Shown piece after piece: positions 55,119 to 64,000 of a stretch of DNA of 64,000 bases. The position numbers were made by a program, and so were the translations under genes. The stretch spans positions 2,724,075 to 2,788,074 of the forward strand of contig CM082589.2 in assembly GCA_040954595.2 (NCBI GenBank), read 5' to 3'. This DNA comes from Balanoglossus misakiensis. Its lineage: Eukaryota > Animalia > Hemichordata. The notes beneath the pieces are model-generated. The model was not told the origin of the DNA. It searched no databases and was given only the letters and a program-made list of their open reading frames with translations. The number at the start of each line of letters is the position of its first letter. Position 1 is the stretch's first letter.

Positions 55119-56148
55119 GCCCAAATTTACCCATTTTCTTTGACTCGATAAACATTATTTGATTAAAGCCATAATTTAATCTTTCTACAATTTAAACATA
55201 TATTTATGTTAGTTTCTTATTGTTGTTTTTTTTTGCCAAAATAATTATAGATTTAATATTTTTGCAGTTTTTTCCCAAATATTAAGCAATATTTTCTTAT
55301 TTGAAACATTTGTCAAACTTGGTAAAAAGGGTACTTCTTACGGAAATTATTTATATCTTTCATGGGGGACATTATAATCAATATCCAACATTTCTTGGGC
55401 TTTAACAGTGAAATCGAACTCATTACCCCAAATTTTCCAGTACATGTGAAATCTTTGTTGGTGGCCAGTTTTTGAATTGATGAGATATTTGTGAAGATTT
55501 GCAATGATGTATATGTACTTATTTTCTCTCTGTCTGACATCCAGATGATTTATTAAGTGCATTCCCACATTCCTAGCATAATATATTTCACTTGTAATAT
55601 TTTATTTATTATATTATACGGTAATCTTCAAAAGACAAGAATATCTTTGTAGTTGGCAAGACTGTCAGGGAAGGCTTTGGTATTTGTTAAAAAATAAAAG
55701 GTATCACTCAAAAATATATTGTTTGTGAGATGTTTTGTTTGAAAGTGGCTTTTCCATGACCAGTGCATGGCTTTCATCCTGGTATGTATAGTTTTTTCGG
55801 AAAACATTGCTTGAAAATAATGCAAGGACAGTGGTAAAGCCTTCCAGACCCTCCCTAAGATATCAACTGGTTCATCCCTTACGCGTGATAAAGCAGCAAA
55901 CGTCAATATTGCTACAATATCTTGGTTTTGTTATTGAAAGACCAAGTTGAAGCAAGAGTAGCAAAAACTGACTCGCTTGTCGCAACTTCCATGCTCATGG
56001 GAGAATATGGGACACCATCCCACCCCACCCCCTTGCCAAAATTGGTCTGCCCATTACTGTTTTCGTTTTGCGACAAAAGCAGCAAAGTCGTACGCAAAAC
56101 GGTAAGTAGCAAAGTCGTAAAAGGGTAAGTTGTCGTCCATATGAAAAG

Positions 56149-58029
56149 ATGGCGGGCCATGGTGGACATGGTCATCATCACCACGGTGGTAGAGGATGTG
56201 GCGAAGATCACGACCACGACGACGACCCAGAGAGAGGTGTGCAATACAGTCTGTATCTCAAAATCGATCTCCTTAATGTAGAATGCCTCAATGAGGTGCG
56301 AGATGGCTCAGGCAAGGACGTTTTCAAACCTTGGGAATCAAGACTTGATAAAGAAAAGGTACACAACACACTCACACTGACAAGATTTTTTTTAAAAACT
56401 CACCTTCTTGCTTTTAAATTCATAAGTAATTATATTTGACAAGGGATGACTTCAGTTATTCTCCATTTTCAGTATGTTGAGAGCGATGCAGACGAGGAAC
56501 TTCTCTTTAATATCCCGTAAGTATTTCTAGCAGGTATGTTGATTTGACCTCAGCTGGGGTTGACCTCAAATAACCTTCAAGTTCAGTGTGTTGACTATGC
56601 GAGGGTGAAGCTATTTCACAAAGGCCTGGTTTACCCTCTTCTATCTGTTCAGTTTCACAGGCAATGTCAAGTTGAAAGGTGTGATTGTCATCGGTGGTGA
56701 AGATGACAGCCACCCGTCACAGATGAAGCTGTAAGTACATGTATACAATTTAGAGCTTGAGATTAGAACTGGTTGTACCCAGGTGCAATTTCTGACGGTA
56801 CCCAGATGTAATAATGTAATGCGATACTGGCTACAGCCAGAAAGTGCAATATTCGCTATATATTTGTTCACTGCAAACCTGCCCTATGGCACTGGATACA
56901 ACTCTGAAATTCATTCAAGTCAACTCTCAATTTTGACATGTATGTGCCTGAATATGACTTTTAATCATCATTTTTGTGTAAATCTTTCAAGTTACAAAAA
57001 CCGACCCAAGATGACATTTGATGACGCTGGTAGTGAAGCTGATCAAGTGTTTGAAATGCAACCAGACAGAACTGGACAGCTGGAGTATGCAACAAAGTAA
57101 GTCAGGAAAAAAACATTGATGATAAATAAACTACCACAATCCAAGTTTGTAGCGGTACTCATTGTTTGTTGTAGCATATATTTTATCACTCGACTGCAGA
57201 GAGAATTATATTAGCAGTGTAACTTACTTTCTTGACTTTTCAGAATCACCAAATTTTCTGGAGTTCATCATCTGTCCATTTATTTTTCCAAAAACTTCGG
57301 TGCTGATACAACCACTGTCTACTACATCGGTTTGAGGGGAGATTTTACTGAGGTAGGTATTCTACATTGGTTTGTAATTGAGTGCTGTTCTGGTCTTTTT
57401 TATTTTAACTTTAATTTACTTAGGTTTACTTAGGTTGTTGTGTGTTTTGATGTGCTTTTATTGTGATAATCCAATGTAACATTATATTAATTCTACACGC
57501 AATGTAGTGAGATGATACAATGTCATATGGTATATATTGATATACTAGATGATATGATAATATCGTATGACATGGTTTATATAATATGCTGATGTGGTGT
57601 GGTGTGGTGTAATGTAGCAGTAAGCGTTAATATAAGATATTAAAATGTTAGCGGCATGTTAATTGGGTGCTACTTCTAATGCATGACAGCCACATATCAA
57701 GAATCACTGCATGCAACATCGGGACTAACAGTATAATAATCCCCCTCCCTCTCCCCCTCCAGTAATCCTGAGTCACTCACAAAATGGTTAAAAAAACTCA
57801 GGAAACACCATTCTGGAGGTGACTCACCCATTAGAGTAAAATAGTTGTAGGCCCATGAAGTAAAAGCATGAAATAAAAAAAAACATTAAATCTTATCATG
57901 GCATCATATTGTCATTCTTTTAACCAGGCACAGAGACAAGAAGTTATGATTTGTAATTACGAACTCGCCGCCAACCCAGCCGACCACAAAACCGATCTAA
58001 TGGATCACGCACGCTTCGAAATCCAGTAA
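56149..58029 (+). CDS. PITHD1: PITH domain-containing protein 1
   Basis: His/Gly-rich N-terminus, then [61 protein letters not shown] and [14 protein letters not shown]. Six coding exons. Confidence 0.95.
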
Positions 58030-58933
58030 TGTCGCGGAATAAACTAAGTGCCACCAACTTTTAAATGTTGTCAGTTCTTTTAATCAAACAAACAGTAGTA
58101 CATGTATTAGCAAATGCGCATGTAAATTTTGTATCATTTTTGGGATACTGAAGTGATAGTTGGTAAATAAAAACAAAAGTATATAATGCTATCACTCGTG
58201 GTGGCGGTGTAGTCTTGCCAATATGCAAATGCAGGAGCCGTCGCACCTGGAATTACCCATGCCCGCTGGAGGTCGCCCTTTCTGAAACCGTGGTTTCTGT
58301 GACGGGATTAGCTGTACTTTTCTCACAATCTTGCCGCTGACCGACGCCTGCAAACTTGCATTTGATATTTATAGTAAACAGGAACGACGGAATAGCGAGT
58401 TTGATATTACGCGCACTGCGCGCGCTTTCGGCTAATTTCACACGCTGGTTTTGGTGAAATGAGGCGTGTATAAACAAGAAAGAGTCACGCAGTTCGTATT
58501 GAAGTTCATACTTTGGGGGTCTTTTAGTAAATTGTAGGTGGCGCATCACTATTTTTGTGGAGCATCACACATTTGAATTTCGATCAGTAATCTTCTTATC
58601 CGAACCACTCCATGTATGTTTATGGAATTTCGAAATTTTGATAAATGTAAAACTGGAGATAAGTTTGTGAAAGGCCGAAACGACTTATGTTAGCTCTGTC
58701 AAAATCTGGTCGTTCCATGCTCAGAAGCTAACAACACGCACGTGCGCATATTAAACAAATCCCTATCTCTCGCTGCATTGCGGTTTGCCTGGCAAAGTTA
58801 CTCACTTACATGTTTAATTTGTTGTGAGAAGTTTGACAATAGTGTCGCTGCGGTATTTCGGGAGTGTAATTTTCAATGAGTGGGTCTGAGAAAGCGACCC
58901 CTCTTTCAGTCGCTTAATTCTTCTCTTTTTTTT

Positions 58934-58959
58934 GAGAGAGAGAGAGAGAGAGAGATAGA
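58934..58959. repeat. (GA)n microsatellite
   Basis: Directly visible dinucleotide run. Confidence 0.9.
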
Positions 58960-61900
58960 GTGTGAATGACGAAGGGAGCCGACCATGATATTGACCTTCG
59001 GCTATGAATGTGATTCCACGGCGATACAATTGAGCTCATCACGGATATGTCTCTATTTGATTGCGACGCCACACAATGGATATCTGTGCGATCGAGTTGC
59101 GAGAGACGGTGTGAGCCGCCGATTTAACAACCTATTACCTCCACAACATTCTCGTGTTCGACCTTGAAACATCCAAGTAAATTGGGAAGAGTTTTTTTTT
59201 TTTCATTTCAATAATGGTTTGATTTGTGGGTCCGCATTTAATCGCTTTCGCGTCTCTCTGTCCAAAGCTCGGCGTTGCTCGCATTGTTGTGCGGCGTTCA
59301 GTTGGTCAAATTATCCCCATCTATCGCGCGCGGACATCTTGCGTAACATTTAATACCACACCAGTCTCGGGGTGCTAATTGAAATCATTTTGCGAGGGCC
59401 TCATTTTCTTAGATAATAAAACGTGATGGACATTGATTTCGCAGATGTGTATTTATAATAAATGGGGGAAATTGACCAAAGATTTGTCAAGCGACAATTT
59501 CTAGATTGGAGTCACGAAAGATTCGTGTGTGCGTATTCACGTGCTCGTGATGGTACATCAGTTTGATCAACAGGCGGTCATGGTGCACCGATATCCGTGA
59601 CTGGACACACGGAGAGTCAAAACCGCAGTGGTTTAAGCCCTGGCTGTACATATTAACGTATGTGCTTGGTATGTGTTTCAGGGGGGATTCTATCGACGAC
59701 GTGTCAAAACTACATAAAAAAACAGCAGAACTATAATTAAAAGTTATAAAATGATCAATAGTCCGTCCCCTCTCGTCCGCACGGTTTTTTCTTGCGTTCA
59801 ACGTGAAGTTCATTGTGCCCTTTTCAAACTTCGCACGAAAATTAATACCGGCGTCAAGTTCAGATGCACTATCGTGGGCAACGGCAGAGAGAGTTGTCAA
59901 AATCAGAGTCGCCCAGCCGTTGCCTTGTGAACGAGAGTCCTTGATCTTTAATTAGGCCTACTTGGTGGACACTCGCGTGGTAACATGCGAAAGTGATAAT
60001 AGAGACGAAAAATCGATCGGCCTTTCACATGACTTTGGCCGTCGCCATTCAGTTTTTTTACCTGGCTGTATTTGAAAACCGCATGGTGTAATTTCCGTGA
60101 CTATACAAAAAAACCTATTCGCGTTGCACACCGTCATGTTTTTGATGGGACCATCTTTCGCATTAATACCCCATTGTTGTGGATCTGCCCGCTGTCAATG
60201 GTGGCACGCGTCCGGTTGTGTCCAAATGAAAGCACCAGCCCGGCGTGCCCCGAGGTCAAACAGTCGGAGAAGTGGAAAGGTAATTGCTTCGTGTTGGTTC
60301 AAATTACTCATGCAGTCGAGGACCGGGGTCCATATCTTGCACATGTCCGCGGGGAGAACAGCCTCCTTTGGCATACACCGCCTCGTCGAACCCGGGGTTT
60401 CCTGCAGATATTGTTTTCTTGGATCCGAACCGAAACGACGCAGTCGGATTTACAAACCTTGTCATTTTTTTCCTTGACAACGACTATTTTAGTCAAACGT
60501 TCCCGAGGGTTCAAATCTTACTGAGTTTGTTTTGTAAAAATGACACGTTATTGACCTAGCGGTTGTTCAACCCGTCTCGTTCGCCGACCCGATTTCAGTC
60601 ATAATACCTCGCCCATACCTCCTCATCATATCAAAGCAAGAAAAAACATTTGGGATTAATTGCTGAGTCAGCACTTTTCTTGTACTCGTGCTGTATTTTT
60701 TCTACGGAAGAATGATCTGTACGCTCAATCAAAAATTCGAATTTTCAAGCACGGTGACATGTTGTTTCTTTCCTTACGACATTAGATAAAGCGTCCGTTT
60801 CGGCACCTTTTGTGAAAACTCCAAGAAGATGACGATATTGCAATAGCGTTTTCTCGAAATTCTACAAATTAAACACTTGCAATGAGAACATATTGGGGGA
60901 ATCTATAATCGTTTCAATTTTACCATCCTTCGGCTAGTATACCAGAACCGAACATACATTACATATATTCGATTTACGTTCTTACAAGAGATGTTTTCAC
61001 AGGTGACGGGGCAACGATCGATAATAGTCTTTTTCGTGACCGTATACCTTTTATTGATTTTTCTGCACTTTGCCTTGAACGGTTCCTTTAGAAGTCTAGC
61101 TTTTCGCGTCTACCCCTTTTTAAAGAAAACACCTATTCAATCGGCACACACTAGAAGGGCCAACGGGCTATAACGTTTTGAGGCAGAAAATGTAGACATA
61201 CACAAATTGATGTTTGACCGCTAGATGTCAAAACCGCTTTGCATTATTTTTGTTCAGGCTGGGTGCATTTTGGTCAGCGTTAATTAAATGCCGATGTATT
61301 TTATTTATCAGATCAAGTATATGCATTCTGTGGCTTGAAGGGTATTAACTCGGGAATGTCGGTGAAATATGTCTGTATAGTCGAATAAACAAAGATGGCG
61401 TTCAGTTCTGTTTCTTTTTATATTTTAGCAGAAACAAGAACCGTAATTGATAGTTTCCAAACATTGTACTAAACCTCTTGTGTCCAAGCTGTCGTGTCAT
61501 GATTTTCTCTCGAGATCATTATCTGCATGCTGTGACTGTTATCCAAAAATTGTCGTTAACTTGCTTCTTTAAAGACCTCGGCAATTCAAGAGTGTAAAAT
61601 TTGAGCTGAGAGTACTCTGTAGTATATATTGTTTTTAAGGATCCGTCAGTTGTAACTTTTGTGCATCTTTTTCTGCATTTTTGGTTTATCAGGTGGGAGA
61701 ATAACCAGTTAGTATCTCGGTGAACACCTGTGTAGAATTCGACTGGTCGACAGAAGCAATGGTTTTAAAAGACATACGGGTAAGTTGACAAGCAGATAGA
61801 TGGGGAGTTGTATTTAGGGAGTAGAAAACGAAAATGTCTCTGAGATTCAAAACATAAAACACGTGAGCTAACTAGCTGCAGCTACTGGTGGTTGTGGTTG

Positions 61901-62945
61901 GTTAGACTGGAGTCGTTTGATCGACCTTCTTCGATCGTGCCCTTCATAATTTCGTAGCTGCATACTGATCGCCTCGCCTGGCTGGGTCGATCTGTATGTT
62001 CGATGGGTGTTGGTTTTCAACACTTTCAGGGCGTATAACGGTGACTCAGAGAAAGTGAAGGAAGAGAAAAGAATTGTTCGCCCATTTGTCATTGCTTGAG
62101 TTGTTTCTCAGCGATGCAGCGAAAGTAACCCAGACGGAAAATTCGACAGCGACGCGGAGGCAGATCATTCCACCTCGCCAGGAAACCCGTAGCCCCGGTG
62201 CTTTGGGCGACTCTTGCTTCACTGCGCCCTTGGCCGGCCCCGCCGACATCACGCGAGGGAGACGAAATATGGGGGTATATAGCGGCAGGGTGGACTACAC
62301 ACATGGCATTGCGGCAACTTACACGTTGCTAGTAGCGACGCGTTCACGGGGTTCGTTTCATTAACCGAGAGATATGTTTGAAACTTAATATGATTACTAA
62401 AAGCCCCCGAACCTTGCGGCCTGTCATATTTTCAAATTGTGAAAATCGGAGAGGACGGGAAACCCGAAAACGACTCATTTTGTTAGCGCCGTGGTTGCCT
62501 CGCCTCCGGTGCTGACTTTTACTTCCAAATTCGTTCGTAGTAGTTTATCTTATTTCAAATTAGCTCAGAGTCTCGCCCGATTTTCCATCACGTGTGAAAA
62601 AATGCAATAATACTAACGGACATTTACAATTTTAAAAAGTAATTAAGCGAGCTCTCCCCCTAAGGCGAGCCGCGTAAACACGGCAACATTTGTCGATGGA
62701 GCGCTGATCGGGTTCCTTCAAAGCCAAATCGAACTTGAATGTTTCTCAATATCCCTTGGCGATTGCGGCTCCGCAGTTGCATATGACCTTGTTCTAGTTA
62801 CCGCTGCATGTAGCGGTACAAGCGAGTGTCGAAATCTCTATTGTATATTAACTTCGTTTCTCGTTGAGAAAGTGGCGAAACGAAGTTCACTATTTATACA
62901 GGCAAACTTGTACTTTTAATTTTTTGCGTGCAAGGGGTACTAGTA

Positions 62946-63083
62946 TATTTCTCGTGTCTACCCCCCCCCCCCTCCGTTTATAAATTGTGTTCTGGCCCTT
63001 GCCACATGTATGCACAGTTGCTATTTCTCGTGGCTACCCCCTCCACCTATAAATTGTGTACTGGCCCTTGCCACATGTATGCA
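62946..63083. repeat. Imperfect tandem duplication, ~60-75 bp unit, two copies
   Basis: tatttctcgtg..ccccctcc..tataaattgtgt.ctggcccttgccacatgtatgca occurs at 62946 and again at 63022. Confidence 0.85.
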
Positions 63084-64000
63084 ATCACACAAACATGCCC
63101 CTGAAACTCCAAGCCATCGAAACAAACCACAGACAAGACGAGGATCAACAAGAACCAGTAATGACACAAAAGAAACCGGGAGTAATGAAAATGAATAACT
63201 GGTTAATTTGAACTCGGGGAGCCCCGCAGCTGGCTACTGATCGCAAGCTTGAACGATAAGATCGGGGTTTAATCGCAGTGGGTTTCATTTTATTTAGGGT
63301 GTAATTGGTCCTTCTGTTTGCTTTGATAATTGCTCAAGATGGCTAGGGATGCACTTTGATGGGGATCAGACATTGCTTAATTTTTATCAAGTTCACGTTT
63401 TTTTAAAGTTAAGCCGAAGTGTGAATGTAAATTTTGTGGTCCGTCTCTCATTCTTTGTCATCCCTTCGTGCTATTTAACCTCATTTTACGTTGAACCACG
63501 ATGTCTTTGGGGACTGCCACAGACGAGGAATTTAGGGATAATCATTTGATACCTCCCTGAGGGTAGCGCAGAGGGAAAATGGAAGCCATCAGCAATGGAC
63601 CAGATAAAGATTCAAACGATTATTTAATCAATATACTGCTTTACACAGTGATCACCATAAATGGGGTAAATAATGTCCCGTGCTTGTTGCTAGCCAAGGC
63701 ATTAAGTTTCATTTTGTTAAGAGTGGTGACATAGAACCGTTTTGTAAAATGTATATCATACATACTGTACACATACTGGCCCTTTAAACCATTCACTGAT
63801 GTGGGCATTTCTACAGACATAAACAGTAAATCATTTGTTTGTGCTTGGAAATGTTTATTGGGAAACAAAAAGAAAACAAAAGGGTTAATTGTGCATAATA
63901 TATGCCCCTTTAATGAACACACACAAGAACTGAAAAAAAATTACAAAGTCAGTATTTTTTGCAAAGGTCAAATTCAGTAATCTGGTAACATGCCCCATGA

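Noticed and set aside
59487-60559. Several overlapping 90-150 aa ORFs
   Set aside because: Mostly non-ATG starts, atypical composition and no recognisable motifs. They are expected by chance in GC-richer non-coding DNA.

Overview
Intron-rich animal genomic DNA with GT-AG introns. The gene set and repeats suggest an invertebrate deuterostome such as a hemichordate (inference only). Gene order: PPM1G (-, runs off the left edge); three tandem MFSD2-like transporters (-); NXPE-like 1 and 2 (+); an EgtD/Methyltransf_33-like amino-acid N-methyltransferase (+) convergent with an SLC16/MCT-like transporter (-); NXPE-like 3 (+); a single-exon GCNT (+); RTF2 (-), with a small antisense death-effector-domain-only gene nested in its last intron; GALE (+); PITHD1 (+); then about 6 kb with no recognisable gene. 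Main highlights: (1) a spliced animal EgtD homologue with altered substrate-pocket residues, paired with a transporter; (2) a nested, FADD-like DED-only gene that lacks the FL motif; (3) an MFSD2 paralog that has lost the Na+-site aspartates, and an ExxxLL sorting motif in all three copies; (4) a gene-conversion tract over the NXPE catalytic serine; (5) a TTAA-flanked foldback MITE; (6) gene neighbourhoods apparently shared with human. Exon boundaries and alignments were read by eye, and reference sequences were recalled from memory.
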